Positions 1-15,534 of a stretch of 64,000 nucleotides of DNA are shown here, in pieces (within the stretch, counting starts at the first letter, position 1; each line of letters opens with the position of its first letter). Source of the DNA: the human T2T-CHM13v2.0 reference genome, Homo sapiens. The notes beneath the pieces were generated by a model. It had not been told where the DNA came from and did no database searches. It saw only the letters and a program-made list of their open reading frames with translations. The translations under genes were made by a program, and so were the position numbers. The stretch lies in the NCBI RefSeq assembly GCF_009914755.1, contig NC_060926.1; one strand, written 5' to 3'.

Positions 1-199
1 GGAACCAGCTTTGGTACACAGCCTCCCTCAAATTCCATTAATGCGTAGTTGGCTGCATCAGGGTCGGCAGTATAAATTCATTTTGTGCACATTTACCGAG
101 CACTTATGTGTGATGCACTCTTTTACAGAAACTCTTGAAATATCCTTCAGAGGATGAATCCTTGTGAAGTTTCAAAATGAAGCCACTGCAACTAATTAT

Positions 200-870
200 T
201 AGATTGAACATAACTATTCTTTATACACAGATCTTTTTTCCCTAACTATACATGTAATGCATGTCATTTGTGAATATTTGAGATATATAGATAAAAGTAA
301 AAACAAAACTATAAAACAAAAATAACTCCTCATATTAGAACCTGGGGATAACCAGTGAGAATATTTTGGTATATTTGCATAAAAGTGAGATCATATGGCA
401 TATGGTATTACGTATCCGGCTTTTTTGACATTATATTGTATTTTCTCACATCAGTAAATATCCCTTAAAAATGAATGCATAATATTTGATGATGTTTATA
501 TACCATAATTTAACTTAAAGTTTTTATGTTTTTAACAAGGCTATGATGATTTTTGCCTACATATCTGATTTTTTAATGACGGACATATAGTAGAATTATT
601 AATTAGAGTAATGGGTATAATTTTTTTATACTGCAAGTTCTCCTTTCCAAATAATAGACACAGTTTTAATACTAATGAGCAAAAACATAAATAAAATCAC
701 CCTAAATTCTATCTTGTAAATATAACTAGAATTAACATTTTGATGTATATCTATCTTTTCTTATTTAATCTAAAATATGATTTCCCATAAATTGAAGATC
801 TAATTTTTAAAAAATTTCCCCCAAATAGCCAATTTTCTCAGCATTACTTCTAGAATAACCTACTGCTGAT
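200..870. mobile_element. Ancient L1 (L1M-type) fragments
   Basis: Very AT-rich degenerate L1M-like sequence; weak visual match only. Confidence 0.35.
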
Positions 871-1989
871 TCCCTATTGATTTGTCTCAGCTCTTACCAA
901 AAATGAACCATAGGAATATCTTGGCCACAAATAAATATGGAATTTACAGTTATTTTCCTTGTTTATTGGCCAGGAGTCAGCCAAATGTTTGATAGATTTA
1001 AAGCCTCCAGCCACAATCAGCTCTCCACTTCTGTGCCCCTCCACCCACTCACGACAGCTATGAATCTGGAATGAGGTGGGTTCAGAGACCTCCCATTCAT
1101 GAACACCATAAAACATGCACATTGGCTCAAGATCATTCACTCATTGGAAGAGAATTTTGAGTCAGTGCATCAAAGAGCAATGTCCTGTTTTTCTAGACCA
1201 CTCTACTCATCCCATCCCCTCCTGATTCTCTCATTCATTTTTAATGACCTCCCAGCAGGGGATATTTGTGAATAAAATCTATTAGATTTTTTTCTAGGTT
1301 TCTTAAAGGCTGATCTGGCTTAAACCATGCATCAAAATTAAAACTAAATTGACTTCCTTATATCAAGTTGAGCAGTAGCTTGATAAACATTATAGTGCAT
1401 TATAATCTCAGAAATAGATTATATAATAGCTATATTATTATCTCAGAAGCAAATATAATGGGGAAAAAACAGATTTGTAATAAAGGCCTTAACACCCACA
1501 ATTATTGGGGAAAAATGTTAACAATTTTAATCAGCCTCTATTGAAACAGAATATCAATCAAACCCCTCTTGAGCTATCACACATATATCCAATTCAAGAA
1601 TTATTTAGTTACACAAATCAACATTTGCAATGTGTTTAATATGTTCTGATATAAAACCAGAAGACTAATACCAACTACTCTAACATTTACTAACATACTG
1701 TAAATGATTTACTTAGGAGTCTGTTTTAATAAAGTTCACCTTCACAAAGCAGCATTTAGAGAAGCTTCCCCTAAGTCAGACTTGTTTTTACATGTGAAAC
1801 TGCTATGCTTTTTCAATTGGATAAATCACTGAATTGATCTAAATAGAGTGGGCTGATCTATGTTGTTATAAGCTCTTTTTGGCCTCTAATTTTCCTGTTT
1901 ATTCAAAGTAAAGAAAGACAGTACTTTTTGTTTCTAAAATCAGAATGGTAGTTCCTCACTCTATAAGCAAATTGAAAATGATTACGTTC

Positions 1990-2850
1990 TTCATGGCCAC
2001 CATAGCAAACCATGTCCCATAAGAGATGACCTCCCACACTCTCATTCTGGGGCCTCCAGGAGAAGGAGGAACAAGCTATGAGTTAGAATAAAACTAAGGG
2101 ATGATTAATTCCCATTTTGAAAAATAAATTAGAAAAAAGAAATGGTGCTCAGGGATATGTAAAAGTCCCAAGGAGCAGTGCAGACCAGAACCAGAGACCA
2201 GAACAAGGTGGTGGATGGAAACGAGGAAAATACAAATCAGAGGGCTCATTGGAATTGCATTTGACTTAAGACTTTAGGTCAGACCAGGCATTAGGGGGCA
2301 TACAGGTAGAAGATTGACTCAAACTTGGTGGAGTTACCAAACTTGGCCAAAAGGACTCCAAACCAAGATGAGATAGTATGTCCAAGGTCAACAGGCAGGC
2401 TTATGGAAGCCATGGACACCAGAAAACAGAGTGACATGGATATCTGCTACTTTCCCCTGACAATTATTCTTTCCTACTTCTGGTGGTAGCACATCAATTT
2501 CACTTGAGAGAACTACTCTCTCCTCCTTGCTTGTCAGTCCCTTAGTCAAAAGATTGGGCACAGGACCTAAGCCAAGCCAGTCAAGTGCCCTCTCCCAGGA
2601 ATTTAAATCTTCAACTGAGAGTGCAAGGAGGTTATTCATCCTGACAGCAGCGCCTTGCAAAAACTCTCCATCAGTTCTTGTACCTTGATTCTCACAACAG
2701 CCCTGGGGCTGTTTTTTTCTGAGTTGTGTTTATTTAACTTTTCTTCAATTTCTATGTGCTGCCCCCATGTCATTCCAACAAATTCCTTTTTGATCATTGC
2801 ATTAGCCTAAATCACTTCTGTTGCTTGCCACCTCAAAACCCTGGCAAGAC
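1990..2850 (+). mobile_element. Old ERVL/MaLR-type LTR remnant
   Basis: 3' motif aaattcctttt...ttctgttgcttgccacc resembles ERVL/MaLR LTR ends; the 5' boundary is a guess. Confidence 0.35.
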
Positions 2851-3548
2851 ATCAGGAATCCAGACAATAGTCTGGCCAGCAGAACTGGTGGTTCAGCAAC
2901 CTTCTGCCTCAGCCAAGAAGCCTCTTATATGAACAAGTGAGGAGAGAAGTACCCTCAGGATCAACAAATGCAGACCAGCAAGTGCACATGGGTGAACCCT
3001 GGCTAGGAAACTCATCTGGCAGTTACCCAAGATGGACAAGGGAATGCGGAGACTGAGTTGCTGGTTAATTATTGCTTATCAGCAAACTGTGAGGCACTTC
3101 AACTTTTGCAGACATATGAGTGTCAGCCCTGGTAAAATTAAGATTGACTCAATCAGTCTCTAAAAGAAATGATAACTATTGAAATATCAGTCCTTCTTGG
3201 GTGACCTTGAGTGCCAGCTTGGTTTCAGCTTCTGCCTTGCTCATTGATGCCCCTCAAAAAGTGATAAGTCTTATATTTTGTACCAAGAAAGATCTGGTCA
3301 ATATTTTTGCTATGCTACTACATTTTGGTATTCACTTCCAAGTCTTTCTTTATTAATATATCCTTTTACTTTTTGGGGATCACGTTTCCTTTTCCACCAG
3401 CAATAACTTAAAATATTACTTTACTGTTTCAAATTACTCAAAATATAAAATAGTGAGGTATCAAGTTAATAAAACATAACAAAATTTGATTATGCTTAAA
3501 GTTCATACCCGAACCAGATAAACCAAATAGAGCATTTTAAATATATAG

Positions 3549-3956
<408 letters not shown>

Positions 3957-4484
3957 CTCACTGGACTTTTGGCATTAGGTTGCAATTCTTTTCTTAGGAG
4001 TGGATTCAGTCAGCCAAATTGTAAAAAGCAGAAAGCTTCTGGCCAAGTGCAAGGTCTGATCAAACAAAGGATGGGTGGTTTGAGGTGCTTTGACACAGGG
4101 CTTTTCGCAGTTACCCCAAGTGTGAGTGCACAGTGCTGCTAGACAACATGCCAAGATCAGATAAAATCTCTATATGGACCAGTTACCTTTTAGCTGTATG
4201 AGAAGAAGGGCAATTGTACACGTTGTTCTTGCTCTTGAATATAGGTAAGCTAGTCATTACTACTAAAAAAGCAATGACAACTGTAGGTTTAAGATAGTGT
4301 GTTCATCTTCATATATAAAGAGAATATCTATTTAATTTGTTATATAGTCCACTGATTTTCCCCTACTCCCATCACCATGTAGCTATTTGGTGTAATTATA
4401 ATCCCCACAGAAGAGAGAAAACATTCCTTGTCAATAGGGAAGAAGTAAAAAGAGAACTGAAATTCAGAAGGAAAGCCTTAGGCT

Positions 4485-4663
4485 ACTGGTTTTCAAACTT
4501 CAGTGTGCATGAGAGGGAGTGTATTTGAAAATGCAGATTTCCTGGCAAAATCCCCAGGGATTCTGGCTCAATAAGTCTATGGTGTGGCCTGGAAACCTGC
4601 AGTTGTAGCATCTCAGTTCATTCTGATGCAAATGGTCCTTGGAACTCTCATGTGAAAACATTG
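4485..4663. mobile_element. MER5-family (hAT-Charlie) fossil
   Basis: tggttttcaaactt...gaaaatgcagattt...ttctgatgca...gaaaacattg. Confidence 0.65.
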
Positions 4664-5515
4664 CCTCAGACTGAGGAAGAAGAGGGAACGCCTGCCTCTC
4701 TCTGGGCATCACCCTCTTGGACCTGGAATTCTAGACCTGTGGGCTACTGGAAGTGTCCAGATAATGAAGGAGTCAGCATCTCCTACAGGGAAGGAGAACT
4801 CAACAGCATGGGAGTGGACAGTAATTTGTTAACTAGAATAGCTGGTTGTGTGTTAGTCACGCCTTCTGTTTCTAAAGATTTGCCCCCCACCCTTGGGGTG
4901 GTGTTTGGAGAACGGGAGATTATTTGATTTGGTTTGATTTTTCGTATACTTTCAGGCTTCTATCACGCCCTCGATCACAGCACTGTTGAATAAGATAACG
5001 CGCATTACATAATGAGAAGTCAAAGAAACCAAGAAAATAAAAATCAAACAGCTGTTGTGATGGTGTGATAATGATGAGTGTCCAATAATGAGGCTTATGA
5101 TGACACCATTGTCTTGGATGTCCCACTGGGAATTAAGGGGAGACTCTGCTGTCACCCTTGCTGCACAAGGCCAGTGTTGACAGTGGCATCATCATCTCTG
5201 CTCTCCCGAGGCCAGGCTAGTGTGGGGAACAGCTAATAGTGAGAGCAGCACAAAAGGAGTTTGAATTTGGTTGACCTGAAATTAGAGTTACAAAGTTCAG
5301 CCAGTGTCCTCTTCACAAGGAAGTTCTTCCCTTAGGCCAACCTTGGAGGATGCTAAGTTTGGTTTTATTAAGGGGGTAAGTAGGCTCCACCATCTGTAGA
5401 TGTTAATAGGATTGGGATGCCATGAGGGAGAGTGTAGATCATCTGTTTTTGAGGGGGTATTCTATCACATTAAATGTTCTTGTTTCAGGACAGGTGAAGA
5501 ATAGAAAAGGTTTTT

Positions 5516-5750
5516 GTCTTAGTCTGTTTAGGTTGCTCTACTAAAACATCATAAATTGGGTGGCTTATAAATAACAGACATTTATTTCTCACAATTCTGG
5601 AGGCTGGGAATTGCAATATCAAGGCACTGGCAGATTTGGTGTCTGGTGAGGGCCTGTTTCCTGGTTCATAGATAATACTTTCTCATTGTGTCCTCACGTG
5701 GTGGAAGGAGTGAGCAAATTCCCTTGGGACTCTTTAATAAGGGCACTGAT
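5516..5750 (-). mobile_element. MLT1A-type MaLR LTR fragment
   Basis: tgtcttagtctgtttaggttgct...gggtggcttataaataacagacatttatttctcacaattctggaggctgggaa. Confidence 0.8.
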
Positions 5751-7504
5751 CTGCTTCCTGGAACATTCAGTTAGAAAAGAGTTAGTTGAAACAGCTCCTC
5801 TTGATGGTGTTCTCCTCACTCATTAGAGATTTTCCAGATATTTTTAGTACACATGATGAACAGTAATTCATTTCTTCTATCTTTGTGTGCAGGAAGACAC
5901 ACTGTCTTTAAAAGTTTAAAGCACCCTACTCAGGATACTAGAGTAATTTTTCCATCTTCTTCAGGAATCTGGATTCCAGCAACCTTTCAGATATTGACTT
6001 ACCAAGTTGCTGGACTGGGTCTTCTGCAAACAGAAAATTGGAGGGAGGATGAGGGTGAGGATGGGGAGACGCTGATAATCACACAGTTGTGACTAAGAAG
6101 AGAATGGTTGCTCCAGGGATGCCTTTGAATAGAAATTGACTTTGATGGTGTGATCATGGCAGGGGAGAAGTACAGCAGCAGGGATGAGCTGTGTATGATC
6201 CAAATGGCTCTACAAGCTGGTGTGCACATATATAACTAGATGGGGTTTCTTGCAGGGGAGGAAGCTTGGGGCAAAGACCCAAGAAATTGAGTTTTCTGTA
6301 AGTATACACCCTTAATAATTGGATAAATAGGAAGTTAGTTCTTGAGGCAGGTCTCATAGATAATGGAAGTTATTTTAGGAATATGCAGGCTTATTGACCT
6401 CATTAGCCCATTGTCCCTTCCACAGTGGGAATTATAGCAATGCAGTAGAAATTCTACCATTCCTGCTCCAGACAACCAACGCATGTATGTCCTAGCTCAT
6501 GGTTTCTGCCTACTCAGCTTCCACATCATGGTTTCTATTCATTCATGTCTTCTCCTTCCAGAGTGTCTGCCTTCTACCTTCTCTCTGTTTATCTCAGCTT
6601 CCATTCCCACTACCAAGCATCTAATGCCCCATATCTCCAGAGGGAATAAGATTGGTCCAGCTGATCACTTCATGTTTGTCTCGATAGAGCTGTTGAGTCA
6701 GGGCATATCACAGCACAGTAGACTTGCCTGCTTTGGTCCAGTCAGCTGTACCCAAGAATACAGTTTATAACAAACAAACAGCAGCCCCCACTGTTTTGTT
6801 TTTATGAGGGCTAGAAGAACAACATCCCCGAACTACTCCTTTAAAAAAATTAAAATAAATGTTAGTAACTCCAGATATTTTCTGATTGTTCTACTCCAGT
6901 AGAAAAGTATGTTAAACCCAAATCTAGCAACTCTTCTTTAGAGGAATCCTGGCTTCTTCACTACATTGTTAAAGGACTTTGTAAAAAAAAAAATCACTTT
7001 TAGTATCAATATCAGAATTCTTTTTAAGTATCTGGAGTTAGAAAGTGGTAACATTTGGACATTGTATCCTTTTTTCTAGGAGAGTTTTAGTCTGATCCGT
7101 TTATAAGCAGATATTTAACACTGAAAAAGGACCCCAAATAGTCTTTTTAAAGCTCAGCGAGCCATTGTGAGTCATTGGCTTAACACAAAATACTTTTACA
7201 TAACCCAGGCCACCGAGAGGGATATCCGGTCAGGTCAGCTATTTTTAAAGCACTTCTCCCCCACTCCATCTCACGTAACAGAGTTACAGCAGTTTGCTTA
7301 GAAAACTGGCTCAGGTTCTGTGGCTCATGGAATCAAAACCCAAATGAAATGTTTTTAACTTGTTTAAAACTGGAACCATTTTCACTTAAATGTGCTACAC
7401 TACCAAATCAATAACTTTCTGAATTAGACACACATATATGCAAGCGGAATATAACTTTTTCACTGACATGTATATGGTATTATGTGTTGGGCTTGCCATA
7501 TCAT

Positions 7505-8240
7505 TTCCTAATTCATTAACTCATTCAACAAATATTTATAAGGCACTTACTGTGTGCTAGGTGCTGTGTTATGGCTGAAGACATGAGACTGAGCATGATG
7601 GACCTGTCCTCATAGCTTCCAGTATAGTAAGAGTTATGGACCAAGAAATGGGCAATTGTAATGTCACATGATAGGACAGGGATGCAATGACAGAGAATGC
7701 CTGCCGAAGGAGCATATAGAAGGGTGTCAGAAAACCCTTCCCAGAGAAAATGATGTCCACACTGAGACTGAAATCTAGCCAGGAAGGATGGGAGGAGAGA
7801 CTCTTCCATATACAGAAAACAGCCCATGTTGGCTTGGGATTCTGTTTGAGCACCAGAGAGAAGGTGAGTGTCTGGAGGGAGAGAGGCCAGGGGAGGAAGG
7901 AAAAGGGAGCTGGGGAGAAAGGCAGGGCTCCATCCTGTAGTGTCATAAGAAGGAGTTTGACCTTGATCCTTAGAGGAATGGAGAGCACAGAAAAATCTTG
8001 AGCAGATCAGAAACATCATGAGATTTGTGCTTTGGAAAGAGACCCTGGTTGTGGTGTGGGAAATGGATTAGAGGTGAGCAAGAGAGGAGGTGGGTAGAAC
8101 ACAGAGAAGCAGAGGCAAGGTGTGGTGGTGATCCCCGTGAGACAAGGAGGTGGCCAAAAGGAACACAGTGACCAAGAGGGTGGAAAGAAGCAAGCAGATC
8201 TGTGAGTTTTTTGGTCTAATCAACGTGATGTGGTGATGAC
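7505..8240 (-). mobile_element. L2 (3' end)
   Basis: Reverse complement of the L2 terminus: tcattcaacaaatattt...gcacttactgtgtgctaggtgctg. Confidence 0.8.
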
Positions 8241-9372
8241 TGATAGATGACTCTGCACCCTCCCAAATTTAGCATCAAAGAACTGCTCACCCAGAGACTT
8301 GTGCTACATTCGTGTTACAAGTTAGTATCGGTAAAAAGCCTGTCCATTTCACTATATTAGTATGCATTTCTTTTATCAAGTAAGACCTAAATAACCCAGA
8401 GTTCTAATTTGCAGGCTTGAAATTGTAAGTAACCTAAAACTCTCCATTCAAAATAGAGTAAACCATTTTACATATATTTATTTGCTTCCATAATTTAAAA
8501 ATTTAGAAGTCATGGAGGTTTCAGGTGAGGCTGGACCTAGCATTTCAAAGATATCATCAAAGACCAGGTTTCCTTCACCCCTTGTCTTCACATGATGTCT
8601 GCTTCATCCTAAGATTGCTTTCCCTCGTGGTCTCAGCCATATACTTCTCTGTGTTATTCTGCTATGAAGACAAGCCATTTCTACCAGTAATTCTTCCCCC
8701 CAAATCAGGAAGTTTCCTTTCCCAGAAATCATCAGAGAAAAACTTTGGAGTTGCATGCTCTAACGCCATAACAGTGGCTAGGTAGATGGATGTGCTTCTA
8801 CCAAGAGAAAGGAAGAATGTCAGGTGGAAAAAAAAAGAAAAAAAAGCAAACATCCCCTGCATTCAGCACATTCCCTGATGCATCTTAGCTGCAGTCACTA
8901 TTCATAAATGAGTTGAAAAATTCATCAAACAAGAATACATTGAGATCAATTGTCATATTTTAAATGCAAGGCACATGCAGGTCCCTCAAGAGCTGGAGGT
9001 AACTCAAGAGAGTGATGCTTCTCCCTTACTGCCATCTTGGCGTGCCTGCTCCATGATACTATATTTCCTCTGCTGGCTCTGCAAACATGCCTTGAATTCC
9101 ATTTCTTGCAGATCCTGACTCCCTTTTAAAATATGGACATGCATGATGCTTCTCACAACAGTCTGTACCCATTCCTGAGGAACTAAAATGGAAACACTTC
9201 TACAGTCTGAAGCAAACACATAAATAGATATGTTTTATATGTCATCTAGGAATATATACATATCAGTTTATTATTTCGGATCAAAATATGTAACAGAAGA
9301 GGGACTTTGTGTATTCTTTGAGGTTGAAATGTATCACTAATTAAAACAAAGTGTATTAATTATTTTCTATTA

Positions 9373-9654
<282 letters not shown>

Positions 9655-10810
9655 TCATAACTAATGAAAATGTGCAAAATTCTGAAAAGTTAAAAGGAAA
9701 AAAGCAAATCATAGTTTACTACTTAAGGACAATATCATTAATGTTTTTAGCATCTTCTTCTAGCACTTCTATTATGTATAGAATTTTTTAAAAAATAGAT
9801 GCAAAGGTTATTATATATGAAATTTTATGTCTTTTTTCTCTTAAAAATAGACTACATAAATAATACGTATATGGCCATGGAAACAATTTTTGACATTTAA
9901 ATTTTCTCAACCACTTTGCTCTTTTTGGATACTTGGGGAATAACAAAATTTTTATTATTATAAGTAATACTGCTATGATCATGCCAATGACACTCTGCTT
10001 GATTTGGAAGTACATTCCTCGTACACATTCCCAGAAATGGATTTTTTTTTTGTAAAGGACGCAAAAGTTTAAGACTGTTGGCATATACAAAAGACCTATT
10101 TTCTGAATTCAGACTTTAGGCAAAAACAAAAAATTTAAGTGGGTGAGGGGGCAGGAAGAACAATAAAGAAAGCTAAGAAGTGTTTTGAAAAGCAGTTCAC
10201 AAAATCACTCTTTACCAGCCACATACAAATGTTGAATGGCTCCATCCACGGTGCATTTGTGGAGCTCCCCTGTTGGCCATTCCCCGCATCAAGGATTCAA
10301 AGAACCTGCCAAGGGGCTGCAATGGGAGATTACAGTGACTCAGCAAATCAGGATGATCAGATTTCAAAGTCGGCCAAATAACTCATCTTGGAGACAGATG
10401 TAGCTGAAGTTTTACATTATGGCCTGCAAGAAACTTTATTCTAATAAAAGACAACTGTGTTTACAACTACTGGGCATATCTCAGGTTACCTTAAATGAAA
10501 ATCATTTTCTTATTTTTGTAATTATGAAGGCTAAAAATAAAGATTTTTTTCATAATTAGTTTCTGGAACGCTAATAATAAGAAGAACTTAGAATATTACA
10601 GATTCTCTTACAAAACACAAAGACCTTGGAATAAATTTGGCAATTTCTTCAACAGCAGTGCCCTTATCAAAAACAGACACTTGAGAATTGTGGAAAGGGA
10701 AAAAAATTATTGAAGGAAAGTCATATTTCCTTAAATTTCTCTGTGAATGTGTACAGTGAATTTCTTCATCTCTAAAGCAAATCTTTAAAAAGGAAGAATT
10801 TGCTCTAAAT

Positions 10811-10866
10811 TCAAGCATTCATTTTTATCTCTCTGTGCTCAAGTATTCATTTTTATCTCTCTTTGC
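10811..10866. repeat. 28-bp tandem duplication (2 copies, 2 mismatches)
   Basis: tcaagcattcatttttatctctctgtgc / tcaagtattcatttttatctctctttgc. Confidence 0.9.
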
Positions 10867-11574
10867 TTTTGACACAGAGTATAAACGGTAATTATACCAT
10901 CCAGTTGCAAAACGTCATTGAAAAACAGATGGTAAATTAATCCCAAACAATTATTACTCCAGGTTCTGACTATCAATTTTGTCTTGAACAGCTTGTCTAA
11001 ACCTAGTTATAGAATTGTGAAGAAGGCTAAGTTTGTGTCTGGTTGTTGTCTTTCTCCCCTACCATTTTATTAAATATTTAATTTCTTCATGTGCACATAA
11101 TGCTTTGAAATGTTAGATGTGGTTTAGCACACACTATCATATTTGACTTGCTCATTTCATTTTCCTCAGACCCTGACCAGGGCAGGATGAAAACCAACCC
11201 CAGGTTTCAGTTTCCTCATCTACCCTCTTTTCATCTCAGCTAATTGTGGAATCAAATGATGCTGTATATATAAATGTGAACCCCTGTCCCACCCTTGGTA
11301 TTGGGGCTTTGAAAGTCTTCAAACCCCACCACAATGGTGGTTGTATGGAGATCACTTGACGGTCTCATGTGCCCCAAGTCCTCAATCTCTGCAAGTGTCC
11401 CTTGGGACTTTGCTCAGTGTGTGTTTGTGGTAGTTGTTGTAGTGAAGGGTGGGGAGAAGGTTAGGGGTGTCCTGGAGGGCAGGGAGAGAGGTTTCATTGT
11501 CCCCTGGGGAGTGAGTGTGAATCATGAATGAACAATCCTTGACGAATCGAGTCAACCCAAATAAGAGTTTGGAA

Positions 11575-11840
11575 CAGTGTTTCTCAAACTTTCTATAGTG
11601 AAGAAAGTTTTGTTTTGTTTTTACATTTCCATTATATTGTGAGCCAATACTTTCTTAAAATATAAGAATAAAAAATTAAAAGAAAATGAAATTAAAAGAT
11701 ATAAAATATAAGCCCAAATATTTTAATCAGCATAAAATCACTCTATCAAATCACTCTAAGCTTTCTAAATGCTTACTTTCAATTTCTATATTTACCTTGT
11801 CATAGGTAAGAAACTGAGACCCATGCTTTGAGATGCACTA
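11575..11840. mobile_element. hAT-Charlie-type DNA transposon fossil
   Basis: Termini cagtgtttctcaaac ... ctttgagatgcacta form imperfect inverted repeats. Confidence 0.55.
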
Positions 11841-12199
11841 GTTCAGAGAAACTGAATAATGCAATTAAAAAGTTTCACCTGATAGGACTAAGTGCATCTC
11901 CTCCCTACAAGGTTACATCTTCATTCCCAGTGCTCATAGAATATTTATAAAAATGGACCATAATTTGACCACAAAGAAACAATGAAGGAATTCTACAAAT
12001 TAGATAAACTTATGGAACTGGATGAAGAATCAAAATCTGTTTACAATGCAATAAAATTTAAAACAACAACAGCAAAAGGCCTACCTATGCATTTTAAATA
12101 TTTTTCCTAAATAACTCTTAGTTTAAGGAAGGACTCAAGATCACAATGGCAGGATGTTTAAATAAATATTCATGATGCAAAGATTAGAAATAAAATCCT

Positions 12200-12796
<597 letters not shown>

Positions 12797-14330
12797 CTAT
12801 GGGTTATGTTCCAAAGAGTCTTCTGAAGAAAATGCATACCTGTTATATCATCAGCATCCCAATAAGAAACCCACGACACACTCACAATTGGATAATTTGA
12901 GAAGTTTATTTATAGAGACACTGTTTACAAAGGTGAGGTTCAGGTAAACCGTCTGAGATAGTTCAACAGACAAGTTATTTCCACCACTGCTCCCTTTCCT
13001 GGATCTAAGAAAGAGAGTGGTATTGAGTTGGCCACAATCAATGAGGGCTGAGGGGTGAGGGGCTGTGAGGGAGGGACCAGGTGCTCAAGGTAGCCCTGCA
13101 GGGAGGGAGCCAGGAAAGTAGAGGCCCTGACCTCGCTCTGCTCCTTCCCTCTCTCTGATCTTTTGCCAGAAGCCTGAAAGCTCAGGACCCCCTTGTGGGA
13201 GCCCCTTTCTGTGGTCCTCATGGTCAGCCCCTTAAGACAAGGAGCAGGCCTGGAAGGAGGAGTGAAAGTTATCTGGCATTGCTGTGAGCACATTCTTAAT
13301 AAAATAAAGAAGATAAATGCAGTATGCAATCAACTCAAAAAATTTTCTTAAATTCAAATATAAAAAATTAAAGGGGGAAATTAAGCAAAAACGTAAAAAG
13401 AAGTGAATACAAAAGAAAGTAGAAATGCTGTAAATTCATAAATATTGTGGCTAAATGTTTGGAAAATACTTGAAAATAGAAAAATACTAGCTCTTCTAAT
13501 CAAAGAAAAATAGAAACACCACTGATACACAAAATGAGAATATAGAAGAGACACATACAGGCAAAAGTAAAAATAATTTGCACCTGCCATGCTAATGAAT
13601 TTGAAAACATGAATGAACTTAAATGATTTCCTGTTAGAGTATATATTACCAAAATTAAGAGATAGATAATCTAAATAAACCAATAATCTTGGGGAAAAAA
13701 GAAAATTTTCTATTAATTACCCTTTGAGGAAATTCCTACCCTAAAATTGTTATAAGTGAATTTTTTTCATTATGTCCAGAAATGACTGTTAGGCTATTCA
13801 ACAGTTCGGTGCATAGAGAAAAATGATGGGGTCCTAACATTTTGTTTCCATTTTTGTTATTTTACAAATCTTTATAAATAGATTTTGAACTTGAGCAACA
13901 TTAGGCAGAAAAATAAAATCATAATCCCAAATCACGTAAAATCCCATAATCCCAAATCCTGACAAAAAAAATCTTGAAAGAAAATTAGCAAAATAACATA
14001 ATAAAATAAAAACTCAGTATAATCATGCATTGAATAACAATGATGTTTCAAACAAAGACACACCCCACATGTACAATGGTGGCCCATAAGATTATAATGA
14101 AGCTGAAAACTCCTATAGACTAGTGATGTATAGCAGTCCCAATGCCACAGTGCAATGCATTACTCCTGTTTATGGTAATGCTAGTGTAAACAAAGCTACT
14201 GCACTGCCAGTTGTATAAAAGTCTAGCACGTGCAGTTATGTACGGTACATAATACTTGATAATGACGATAAATATTTTACTAGTTTGTTTACCATAATAT
14301 ACTTTTTATTATTATTTTAGAGTCTATGCC

Positions 14331-14332
14331 AC

Positions 14333-14377
<45 letters not shown>

Positions 14378-14384
14378 TGTGTAT
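14331..14384. repeat. (TA)n(TG)n microsatellite
   Basis: Direct read. Confidence 0.97.
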
Positions 14385-14920
14385 GCTGTAGAACAGCCTC
14401 AGGCAGGTCCTTCAGGAGATATCCAGAAGAAGACATTTTTATCATAGGAGATGACAGCTCCATGAATTATTGCCCTAAAGACCTTCCAATGCAACAAGAG
14501 GTGGAGATGGAAGACAGTAATATTGATGATCCCGACCGTGTATAGGCCTAGGCTAATGTGTGTGTTTGTGTCTGTATTCTTAACAAAAAAAGCTTAAAAA
14601 GTTAAACAATAAATAAATAAACAATTTAAAAATAGAAAAAAGCTTATAGAATAAGGATAAAGAGAAAGAAAATATTTCTGTACAGCTAGCTGTACCATGT
14701 GTTTGTGGTTTAGGCTGTTATTACAGAGGAATCAAGACGTTTTAAAAATTAAAATTTATAAAGTAAAAAAGTTATAGTGGGCTCAGGTTAATTTATTATT
14801 GAAGGGAGAAAATTAGTTTTTATAAATGTAGGGTAGCCTAAGTGTACAGTGTATATAAAGTCTACAGGAGTGTACGATAGTGTCCTGGGCCTTCACATTC
14901 ACTCACCACTCACTCACTGA

Positions 14921-15291
<371 letters not shown>

Positions 15292-15534
15292 ATTTTTATC
15301 TTTTATATTGCATTTTTACCGTATATTTTCTATGTTTAGATATACAAACACGATTGTGTTATAATTGCCTACAATATACAGGTTTATAGCCTAGGAATCA
15401 CATCTGTTATGTACTTTTGATCTGAACCAATAAACCTACATATGGTTGTAGGTAATATGTAAAACACAGTTATCTATTTATGTGTTTGTTTCAGACTGCA
15501 GGTATACTATATAGCCTAAGCGTATAGTAGTAGG

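Noticed and set aside
7525-8019. Overlapping 164-aa and 139-aa ORFs
   Set aside because: They lie within an L2 fossil, with no splice or compositional support.
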